Shown here piece by piece: positions 10,323 through 18,068 of a stretch of DNA of 64,000 nt. The notes beneath the pieces were generated by a model. That model was given only the letters and a program-made list of their open reading frames with translations, did no database searches and was not told the origin of the DNA. Where the stretch lies: NCBI GenBank assembly GCA_963663865.1, contig OY760686.1:2208001-2272000 (forward strand), written 5' to 3'. Positions within the stretch are counted from its first letter, which is position 1; each line of letters starts with the position of its first letter. The position numbers and the translations under genes are program-made. Source of the stretch: Spirochaetota bacterium. GTDB lineage: Bacteria; Spirochaetota; UBA4802; UBA5550.

Positions 10323-11531
10323 ATGACCATTACAGAAACAATAAGCACAGTGAAGACTGAACTGCATGAGGACAATGTTCACCTCTTGACCTTCGAAGAC
10401 GGAAAGCGGCTGTATCTGATAGGAACCGCTCATGTTTCAGAATCGTCGGTCAAACTGGTTGAAAAGATTATCGTCGAGGTTAAACCTGACACGATATGCG
10501 TCGAGCTCGACGAGGGGCGCCGTAAAAGTCTGCAGAAATCAGACTATTATGATGACGTTGATATCATTAAAATTATAAGAGATAAACAGCTGTTCTTCTT
10601 CATCGGACAGTTTATAATGTCGTCATATCAGAAAAAGATCTCCGATAAAACCGGAAGCCGGCCCGGAATGGAGTTCTTAAAGGCGATGGAGCTCGCGGAG
10701 CAAAGCGGCGCCCGTCTTGTGATGGCAGACAGGAATATCGGCGTAACGCTGAAACGGGCTTACAGATGCACCCCCTTAAGCCACAAGATGAAGCTTCTCG
10801 CCGGCCTTTTCACCTCTGACAACGAAGAAATTGAAAGCCTCGACATCGAAAAAATGAAACAGCACGACGCGATAGACCGTATTGTAAGCGCGTTTGCCGA
10901 TGAGCTGCCGGTCACAAAGAGGGTACTGATCGACGAGAGAGACGAATATCTGAGCACTGAGATACGCGAAAACATGGGAATGACAACCGTCGCGGTCGTA
11001 GGCGCCGGTCATGTGCCCGGTATGCTCAAAATTCTCGGTTCCTCTGAAACCGCTGACAACCGGGATGAGCTGATGAGGATACCCGGGAAATCCCTTTTCT
11101 CAAAGGTAATTCCCTGGCTGATTCCGGCACTCATTGCCGGTCTGTTTGCCTGGGGAATAGCCGGCGGAAGCCGCGAAGCCGCGCTTGACGGACTCTACTA
11201 CTGGATCCTCTCAAACGGCCTCATGGCGGCAGCAGGCTGCATTATCGCGCTCGGACATCCGCTCACAATAATTACCGGAATGGTTGCGGCTCCAATCACA
11301 AGCCTGTCGCCGGCTATAGGCGTAGGCTTTTTCACGGCCCTTGTACAGACCCTCATGCGCAAACCGAGGGTAAAAGACTTTGAAGAAATGCGGTCATCCA
11401 CAATGCGCTTCAGGGACTGGTGGAAAAACAGATTGACAAGAGTCTTTCTTGTCTTTATATTTTCATCGATAGGCTCTTCTATTGCCACATTTGTTGCAAT
11501 TCCTGTTCTAAAAAAATTGTTTACAAATTAA
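10323..11531 (+). CDS. TraB/PrgY (pheromone shutdown) family membrane protein
   Basis: LIGTAHVS, ICVELD, PGMEF, LIDERDEYL, VAVVGAGHVPG, C-terminal TM helices. Start at ATG 10323 after an AGGA RBS. Confidence 0.92.
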   Translation: MTITETISTVKTELHEDNVHLLTFEDGKRLYLIGTAHVSESSVKLVEKIIVEVKPDTICVELDEGRRKSLQKSDYYDDVDIIKIIRDKQLFFFIGQFIMSSYQKKISDKTGSRPGMEFLKAMELAEQSGARLVMADRNIGVTLKRAYRCTPLSHKMKLLAGLFTSDNEEIESLDIEKMKQHDAIDRIVSAFADELPVTKRVLIDERDEYLSTEIRENMGMTTVAVVGAGHVPGMLKILGSSETADNRDELMRIPGKSLFSKVIPWLIPALIAGLFAWGIAGGSREAALDGLYYWILSNGLMAAAGCIIALGHPLTIITGMVAAPITSLSPAIGVGFFTALVQTLMRKPRVKDFEEMRSSTMRFRDWWKNRLTRVFLVFIFSSIGSSIATFVAIPVLKKLFTN

Positions 11532-11594
11532 GGCCTTAATGTCTTTATTAAAATTATGCAATATTTTAATGCACAACATTATAAGGAGAATTAC

Positions 11595-12089
11595 ATGAAA
11601 AAACTAACAGCAGTCTTATTCGCAGCTTCAGTGGCCTTTTTCATGGCCTGTGGTGGCGGACAGCAGGTTCAGACAGCCGCTCCATCTTCAGACATCTGGG
11701 TACAGACAAGCAACGCACAGCTCGCTCAAATCCCTGTTGAAGGATTCGGATACAAGAGCTCAAACGTACCGGCCACTAACTGGGACAAATGGGCCGCTGC
11801 CAGCGCACCTGTCGTACAGAAGGTTATCGACGGACTTCCTGAGGGATACGTTCTTCAGGTAACAGGACATGCTGACGCCCGCGGACCTGAGTATCCAGAA
11901 GGCAACAAGCCTGGAAACATCAAGATCTCAGAAGAAAGAGCCAAAGCAGTTCATTCTGCCCTCAAAAAGAAAGGCATTGATTCTCCAAAATTCACCTACA
12001 AAGGTGCTGGTTCATCAGAGCCTCTTGAAGGAGTTGATCCAAGAGATCCGAAACAGAGAAGAGTAACATTTGTTGTTGTTCCTCAGTAA
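11595..12089 (+). CDS. OmpA-family peptidoglycan-binding lipoprotein, Loa22-like
   Basis: Lipobox FFMAC. GFGYK...W..W....APV...LPEGY.LQVTGHADARGPE...GNI..SEERAKAV...KGAGSSEP..G.D..D...RRVTF matches my recollection of Leptospira Loa22. AAGGAG RBS. Confidence 0.88.
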   Translation: MKKLTAVLFAASVAFFMACGGGQQVQTAAPSSDIWVQTSNAQLAQIPVEGFGYKSSNVPATNWDKWAAASAPVVQKVIDGLPEGYVLQVTGHADARGPEYPEGNKPGNIKISEERAKAVHSALKKKGIDSPKFTYKGAGSSEPLEGVDPRDPKQRRVTFVVVPQ

Positions 12090-12109
12090 TTTTCTTAAAG
12101 ACTATAACA

Positions 12110-12141
12110 GGCCGGTCTCCCGCAGGGTGGCCGGCTTTTTT
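12110..12141 (+). terminator. Intrinsic terminator after the Loa22-like gene
   Basis: GCCGGTC...GGCCGGC stem followed by a T-tract. Confidence 0.8.
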
Positions 12142-12167
12142 ATGACCGTTTTACAGGGGATACTGCC

Positions 12168-13217
12168 ATCAGACAAATAAATACACTCCTTATATTTATT
12201 CTGCTTCTGACTTCATGCTCCGGAGTAACAGTGCCAAGAACGCACACCATCCCGCGAAGTGATTACACAATCCTTCTGACGGGCGATATCCTGATGGCTG
12301 AAGGCGTTCTTGAATATATGGACGAACAGGGACGCGGCTACCCTTTTGAGAAGGTCAAAACAGAGCTTGAGCAATACGACTTTGTCTTTTCCAACCTCGA
12401 AACACCCATAACAGACGACGGCAAAATGCTCGCCGAAAAACCCTACATCTTCGCGCTTGATCCTGACTATGCTTCAGTTTTAAACACAGTTAAACTTGAT
12501 GCTGTTTCAATAGCCAACAATCACATAATGGACTACGGCCGGACCGGACTTGAAAACACATTGCAATGGCTGGATAAATACGGCATAGCCCGCGCCGGGG
12601 CGGGAAGAAACCTTGAGGAAGCGAGAAAACCCGCCATATTCAGGGCAGGAACCACAGACATCATTATACTGGCCTACAATGAAAGGCCGCCGGCAGAGTT
12701 CGACGCCGGAGCCAGGACGCCAGGGGCCGCCCCGCTCGACATGCATGTGTTGAAAGAAGATATCCGGAGGCACAGAACATCGACAAACCTCGTGCTGGTA
12801 TCGCTGCACTGGGGCATCGAACAGACGCTCTACCCCAGGTCGTATCAGGTCAGGCTTGCCAGGGCAATCATAGATGCAGGAGCCGACGCCATTATCGGCC
12901 ATCATCCTCACTGGCCGCAGGGAATTGAGATATATAGAAGTAAGCCGATATTTTACTCGCTGGGTAACTTTATCAACGGATTCTACAATCTCGTGGAAAA
13001 GAACAACTTTTTCGCTGTATTGCACTGCAAAGGAAACAATATTCACAGACTTGAGATTATCCCCATTGCCGGAAAAAACACCGCCATAGACTTTCAACCA
13101 TATATATTGACCGGAAAAGAAGCAACCGCCCAGCTGAGGTTGATAAGGTATATTTCAAGCCATTTCAAGACGGAAATGACCATCAAAAAAGACAGGGGTT
13201 ATATTCGCATTGATTAA
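12168..13217 (+). CDS. CapA (PGA_cap) family metallophosphatase-like protein, probable lipoprotein
   Basis: GDIL, NLETP, SIANNHIMDYG, SLHWG, GHHPH, FYSLGNF. An in-frame upstream extension gives a signal peptide ending LLLTSC, so the start is placed tentatively at ATC 12168 (first canonical start is GTG 12231). Confidence 0.85.
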   Translation: MRQINTLLIFILLLTSCSGVTVPRTHTIPRSDYTILLTGDILMAEGVLEYMDEQGRGYPFEKVKTELEQYDFVFSNLETPITDDGKMLAEKPYIFALDPDYASVLNTVKLDAVSIANNHIMDYGRTGLENTLQWLDKYGIARAGAGRNLEEARKPAIFRAGTTDIIILAYNERPPAEFDAGARTPGAAPLDMHVLKEDIRRHRTSTNLVLVSLHWGIEQTLYPRSYQVRLARAIIDAGADAIIGHHPHWPQGIEIYRSKPIFYSLGNFINGFYNLVEKNNFFAVLHCKGNNIHRLEIIPIAGKNTAIDFQPYILTGKEATAQLRLIRYISSHFKTEMTIKKDRGYIRID

Positions 13218-13226
13218 ACCCGCCTC

Positions 13227-13255
13227 TTGACACTCGACTCTTCACGGTATATATT
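13227..13255 (+). promoter_or_regulatory. sigma70-type promoter
   Basis: TTGACA (13227) - 17 bp - TATATT (13250). Confidence 0.7.
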
Positions 13256-13275
13256 GAAGTAAACGGGAGGCTTAT

Positions 13276-13431
13276 ATGGAAATCCAGAATATTACCGGAA
13301 CAGGCGTCATGCCTACAGCCCTCAATGAGAATTCAAGACCTGAACCGCCCGCGGAAAACACTGAACAGAACAGGCCCGCTCCAGAGGCGAGGGATGAATC
13401 GCGGGGCAATAGCATCGACACAAGGGCTTAA
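13276..13431 (+). CDS. Small 51-aa protein absent from the ORF track (MEIQNITGTG...RGNSIDTRA)
   Basis: GGGAGG RBS 5 nt before ATG, own consensus promoter, fills an intergenic gap. Confidence 0.75.
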   Translation: MEIQNITGTGVMPTALNENSRPEPPAENTEQNRPAPEARDESRGNSIDTRA

Positions 13432-13491
13432 ATCTCAGCATAAAACTTGACATTCGGAAAGCCTCATACATTACCCGAAACAGGTTAATGT

Positions 13492-14652
13492 ATGAGGCTC
13501 TCCGCTATGATAATATTTTTTGCCATCTTCATTTCGCTTTATTTTCTCGCGAACTCCTATATTTTTATCCGGGGATATCAGTCCCTGCCATCCGGATGCC
13601 TGTTGCGTCTGGCCTATACCTCAATCTTTGTTCTGCTTTCAGGATCGTTTATCGCCGGAAGATTTATCGAACGGATTTCTTCAGGCCCGGCGGTAAATGC
13701 CGTAATTTGGATAGGCTCATTCTGGATTGCCATGATGCTTTACCTGATACTGGGAGCGCTGCTTGTCGACCTGCTCAGAGCAATCAATCACTTCAAGCCG
13801 TTTTTCCCGGCTTTAATCGCCATAAATCCTCAGAACTCGGCCTTTTACGCCGCAATCGCTGTTTTACTGATGGCGCTTGTGACATCAGGAGCGGGTTTTA
13901 TTAACGCGGCAAATCCCGTTCTCAGAAAGGTTTCATTCTCAATTCCGGGAAAGTCTGCAAATATTGATTCGCTGAGAGCAGTTTTTATCAGCGACATTCA
14001 CCTGGGCAACATCATACGCAATTCAAAGCTCGAGCGTATTGTCCGGCTCTCCAACAGCGCTGATCCGGACATAGTTCTGCTCGGAGGCGATATCGTTGAT
14101 GAGGACATTGAACCGGTAATAAGATTCGATCCAGGCAAGGTTCTTTCCTCCTTCAAAACAAAATACGGTGTCTACGGAGTAACAGGGAACCATGAGTACA
14201 TTGGGGGGGCTGAACCCGCGGTAGAGTACCTTGAAACGGTTGGCATCAAGATGCTCAGGGACAGCTTCGTAACAATTGATGACTCATTCGTAATTGCAGG
14301 ACGGGAAGATGCGAGCTCAAAGCGCTTCAGCGGGCGTGAGCGTAAAAGCCTCAGGGATGTACTGGCTGGTGCTCCGAAAGACCTTCCTGTAATCCTCATG
14401 GATCACCAGCCCGGAGCCCTTGATGAGTCCGCTGAAAACGGCATTGACCTGCACCTCTCCGGCCACACACACTACGGCCAGCTCTGGCCGATGAACTACG
14501 TTCTCGACGCGATATGGCGTGTAAGCTACGGGAAGGCCCGGATTGCCGACACACATATATACGTCTCGTGCGGTGCCGGCACATGGGGCCCGCCGGTAAG
14601 GACGAGCAGCCGCCCCGAGGTCATACTTCTCGACATTGTGTTCACAAAATAA
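13492..14652 (+). CDS. Membrane-bound metallophosphoesterase (YkuE/YaeI family)
   Basis: Four N-terminal TMs, SDIH, GGDIVD, GNHE, DHQP, SGHTHYGQ, GTWGPPVR. Confidence 0.93.
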   Translation: MRLSAMIIFFAIFISLYFLANSYIFIRGYQSLPSGCLLRLAYTSIFVLLSGSFIAGRFIERISSGPAVNAVIWIGSFWIAMMLYLILGALLVDLLRAINHFKPFFPALIAINPQNSAFYAAIAVLLMALVTSGAGFINAANPVLRKVSFSIPGKSANIDSLRAVFISDIHLGNIIRNSKLERIVRLSNSADPDIVLLGGDIVDEDIEPVIRFDPGKVLSSFKTKYGVYGVTGNHEYIGGAEPAVEYLETVGIKMLRDSFVTIDDSFVIAGREDASSKRFSGRERKSLRDVLAGAPKDLPVILMDHQPGALDESAENGIDLHLSGHTHYGQLWPMNYVLDAIWRVSYGKARIADTHIYVSCGAGTWGPPVRTSSRPEVILLDIVFTK

Positions 14653-14778
14653 CATTCAGGGTGTCCGTCTGTAACAAACATGTAAACTTTTATCTGCCAG
14701 GCCATTATCCGGCATATAATAAATGACTTATTCCATTACGGTGTTCTTATGTACTTAAACATCGTAATGGAGGCCACC

Positions 14779-15459
14779 ATGCGCTACCACTGTCTAAAAC
14801 ATGTCCCCTTTGAGGGCCCGGGGGCAATAAGGCAATACGCCCTCGCACACGGAATTGTAATGAGCGGAACTGACGTTTTCAATGAAGAGCCTTTTCCCTC
14901 ACCCGATGATTTCGATGCCCTTTTTGTGATGGGCGGCCCCATGAGTGCCAACGATGAAAACATCCACAGCTGGCTCAAACCGGAAAAACGCTTCATTGAA
15001 GATTGCATAAAATCAGGTAAAAAAGTCGCAGGCATATGCCTTGGAGCTCAACTCATTGCCGATATTCTCGGAGCCCGTATCAAAAAAAACAAACACAGGG
15101 AAATCGGCTGGTTTGATGTAAAGAACCTCGGAGAGCCGTGCGCCTTCCCGGCTGGTATACCAGGCGTGTTCAGCGCGTTTCACTGGCACGGCGAAACCTT
15201 TGACATCCCGGCCGGGGCCGTCAGAGCGGCGCAAAGCGAAGCATGTACCAACCAGGCCTTCTTCTACGGGGAGAATGTGCTCGCGCTGCAGTTTCACCTT
15301 GAATGTACTGAAGAGAGCATTTCCGGACTCATCAGCAACTGCGGAAAAGAGCTCGAAGAAGTCGGACCCTATGTACAGCCGGCTGAAGCTCTCATCAAAG
15401 AGGAGATGATTGATTCCTCAAACCGCCTGATGGAACTCATTCTAAAAGATTTCGCATAA
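14779..15459 (+). CDS. Type 1 glutamine amidotransferase (GMP synthase-like)
   Basis: HVPFEGPG, MGGPMSA, GICLGAQL, HWHGETF, QFHLE. GGAGG RBS before ATG 14779. Confidence 0.92.
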   Translation: MRYHCLKHVPFEGPGAIRQYALAHGIVMSGTDVFNEEPFPSPDDFDALFVMGGPMSANDENIHSWLKPEKRFIEDCIKSGKKVAGICLGAQLIADILGARIKKNKHREIGWFDVKNLGEPCAFPAGIPGVFSAFHWHGETFDIPAGAVRAAQSEACTNQAFFYGENVLALQFHLECTEESISGLISNCGKELEEVGPYVQPAEALIKEEMIDSSNRLMELILKDFA

Positions 15460-15475
15460 TCATCTCAGGACGGCA

Positions 15476-17659
15476 TCAGACGTCTCTGAGGGATTTACGA
15501 AGCGTAAGCGAATTCAGCACCACCGAAACTGAACTGAAGGCCATGGCTGCCCCCGCTATGTAGGGATTTAAAAATCCAAGGGCGGCGAAAGGTATTGCAG
15601 CTGCGTTATAGAAGAAAGCCCAGAACAGGTTCTGTCTGATTTTATTCATTATTTTACGCGACACTATGAGCGAAGAGTAGACTCCTTTCAAGCCGCCATG
15701 CACGAGCGCTATGTCGCCTGAATCTACAGCTATATCTGAACCGCCAGCCATCGAAATCCCCGTATCAGCAGCCGCCAGAGCAGGAGCATCGTTTATTCCG
15801 TCTCCCGCCATTATCACCCTCAGTCCCCGTTGCCTCAGCTCCGATATCTTTGCTGCTTTTTGCCCGGGAAGCAGGCCGGCAAAGACATTGATGCTTTTTA
15901 TTCCAGCTTCGGAAGCGGTCTTCAGAGCAGACGCATGGTTGTCGCCGGTTAGCATGAATACCTCAAGCCCCAGGCCTTGAAGCTTATTAATTGCTTCAGC
16001 CGAGTCACTCCTAAGAGTATCACCCGCCGTAATAATTCCAGCTGCGTTTCCATCTATTGCTACGTACACAGCTGTTAGACCTGATCTGTGAACTCTATCT
16101 TCTACAGGTGAAAAAGCTTCTGTGTAAACGCCGGCCCCGTCCAGAAAGACCGGTGTCCCTGCAATAACCTGTTTGCCGTTGACCATAGCTGAAACTCCCT
16201 GCCCCGGAAAGACCCTGAAGCTTCCGGCATCTGAAATTGCTGCACCTGATTGAGCAGCATAGCCGACTATCGTCTTTGCCAGCGGATGCTCCGACATTCG
16301 CTCTACCGATGCCGCGGCTGACAGAATTTCTTCAGCGGTGTAGCCATCCAGAGGAATAACATCTTCCACCTCCGGAACACCCCCTGTTATTGTGCCGGTC
16401 TTGTCGAGCACGACGGCATTAATACGCCTTGAATTCTCAATGGGAACGCTGTTCTTGATGATGATTCCCCTGAGCGCCGCGGCCCCCGCACCTGAGACAA
16501 TGGCCGCGGGAGTCGCCAGCCCGAGCGCGCATGGACATGCTATTACCAGCACCGAAACGGCATTTAGAAGGGCGGCTTCAAGACCTATCCCGTAAGCCAT
16601 CCATCCCGCGAATACAGCCGCAGCTATCAGTATTACCGTTGGCGCGAAAACAGCTGACACCCTGTCAACCGTCTTCTGAATCCCGGTCCGTGAAGCCCCG
16701 GCGTCTCGCACTGCCCTTATTATTCCTGAGAGTACAGTAGATTCGCCGGCATTTTTAACGCGGCATACAAGATATCCTGCCGAGCATACCGTTCCCGCGC
16801 TAACTGCTTTACCGGGACCCTTTGCCTGTGGAAAAGGCTCTCCGGTCATCATACTTTCGCTTACATCGGCGTTCCCTTCAATCACAACAGCATCGGCTGG
16901 AATAGTCTCTCCGGATTTTACGGCTATAACTTGTCCCTCTTTAAGTTCCTCCGCTCTGACCTTACGTTCAGCACCGTTTTCAAGGAGTGTTGCCCAGGCC
17001 GGCCTCAGCTTTATCAGCTTCTTCAGGGCTGCAGTGGTCTTCTCTTTTGCGCGGCCCTCAAGATGCTTGCCCAGCAGGACAAGCGTTATCACCATGGCTG
17101 AAGCCTCATAGTAAAGATGGCCTTCCGCGCCTGTAAATCCGGTGTACAGGCTGTAAAAAAAAGCCGCCCCGGTTCCAAGAACTACAAGAATGTCCATGCC
17201 AGGACTTCTGTTAATCAGACTCGACAAAGCCCTTCTGTAAAAGCCCGCGCCTGCCACAAACTGAACCGGGGCGGCAAGAACAAGCTGGAATATATGGCTG
17301 TTAAAAAGATGTGAATGTACACCCGCGAACATAAGAAGCATGTTAATTACCAGCGGAAGGGTCAGAAACGCGGCTAAAATAAGCGGAAGAGACCTTTTTA
17401 ATCCGGACCGCTTATCCTCGTCATCCTCTGAGCCATCGTCCTCCGAGGGAGTAAACCCGCTGCGCTCTATTGCTTCGTTTATTGAATCAGTGCTGGCCAA
17501 CTGATCGTTAAATATAACCTTCGCTGTTCCTGCAGCGAGGTTGACAGAAGCGGAGACAACCCCCTTGCTGCCCGTCAGCACCTTTTGAAGCCTGGCTGAA
17601 CACGCAGCACAGCTCATGCCGTCGACTTTTACATTGTATTCTCTAATATTCATAAGCAT
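15476..17659 (-). CDS. copA: Copper-translocating P1B-type ATPase
   Basis: GMSCAAC HMA domain, CPCALGLA, DKTGT, SEHPLA, GDGINDAP, FFYN and AMAFSSVSV Cu(I) signatures; downstream of csoR. Confidence 0.93.
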   Translation of the reverse strand: MLMNIREYNVKVDGMSCAACSARLQKVLTGSKGVVSASVNLAAGTAKVIFNDQLASTDSINEAIERSGFTPSEDDGSEDDEDKRSGLKRSLPLILAAFLTLPLVINMLLMFAGVHSHLFNSHIFQLVLAAPVQFVAGAGFYRRALSSLINRSPGMDILVVLGTGAAFFYSLYTGFTGAEGHLYYEASAMVITLVLLGKHLEGRAKEKTTAALKKLIKLRPAWATLLENGAERKVRAEELKEGQVIAVKSGETIPADAVVIEGNADVSESMMTGEPFPQAKGPGKAVSAGTVCSAGYLVCRVKNAGESTVLSGIIRAVRDAGASRTGIQKTVDRVSAVFAPTVILIAAAVFAGWMAYGIGLEAALLNAVSVLVIACPCALGLATPAAIVSGAGAAALRGIIIKNSVPIENSRRINAVVLDKTGTITGGVPEVEDVIPLDGYTAEEILSAAASVERMSEHPLAKTIVGYAAQSGAAISDAGSFRVFPGQGVSAMVNGKQVIAGTPVFLDGAGVYTEAFSPVEDRVHRSGLTAVYVAIDGNAAGIITAGDTLRSDSAEAINKLQGLGLEVFMLTGDNHASALKTASEAGIKSINVFAGLLPGQKAAKISELRQRGLRVIMAGDGINDAPALAAADTGISMAGGSDIAVDSGDIALVHGGLKGVYSSLIVSRKIMNKIRQNLFWAFFYNAAAIPFAALGFLNPYIAGAAMAFSSVSVVLNSLTLRKSLRDV

Positions 17660-17665
17660 TCTCCT

Positions 17666-17968
17666 CTATCTCATGAGACGTCTTACCGTCTTCATCACTT
17701 CATCCACGACCTCGACCCTTCCCTCAAGAATCTGATCGACTATGCAGCTCTTCATGTGTGCGGTTAAGAGTTCCTGTTTAACTCCCTTAAGCGCCGATTC
17801 AACAGCCGCGATCTGGTTAAGCACTCCATCACAGTAAACCTCGGATTCTATCATTCTCGTTATGCCCCTGATCTGCCCTTCAACGCGCCTGAGTCTTCCC
17901 GATAGCCTTTTTTTTACATCGTCAGAATGAGCCGCTTTCCTGCCGCAGCCGCTTTCATCGCATTTCAT
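17666..17968 (-). CDS. csoR: Copper-sensing repressor CsoR
   Basis: RLRRVEGQIRGI...YCDGVLNQIAAV...AHMKSC (C-H-C ligands). Start at ATG 17968 after GGAGG. Confidence 0.93.
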   Translation of the reverse strand: MKCDESGCGRKAAHSDDVKKRLSGRLRRVEGQIRGITRMIESEVYCDGVLNQIAAVESALKGVKQELLTAHMKSCIVDQILEGRVEVVDEVMKTVRRLMR

Positions 17969-17979
17969 ACATCCTCCAC

Positions 17980-17996
17980 ATACCCCATGGGGGTAT
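17980..17996. promoter_or_regulatory. CsoR operator
   Basis: ATACCCCATGGGGGTAT, matching the TACCC-N-GGGTA CsoR box, directly upstream of the csoR RBS. Confidence 0.88.
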
Positions 17997-18010
17997 ATTA
18001 AAAATACTAA

Positions 18011-18039
18011 AAAAAAGCGTGCAGGCAAGCACGCTTTTT
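18011..18039 (-). terminator. Intrinsic (potentially bidirectional) terminator after pepN
   Basis: AAAAAGCGTGC-AGGCAA-GCACGCTTTTT. Confidence 0.75.
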
Positions 18040-18068
18040 AGAATATTCTAAATATTTGAAATATTTTC

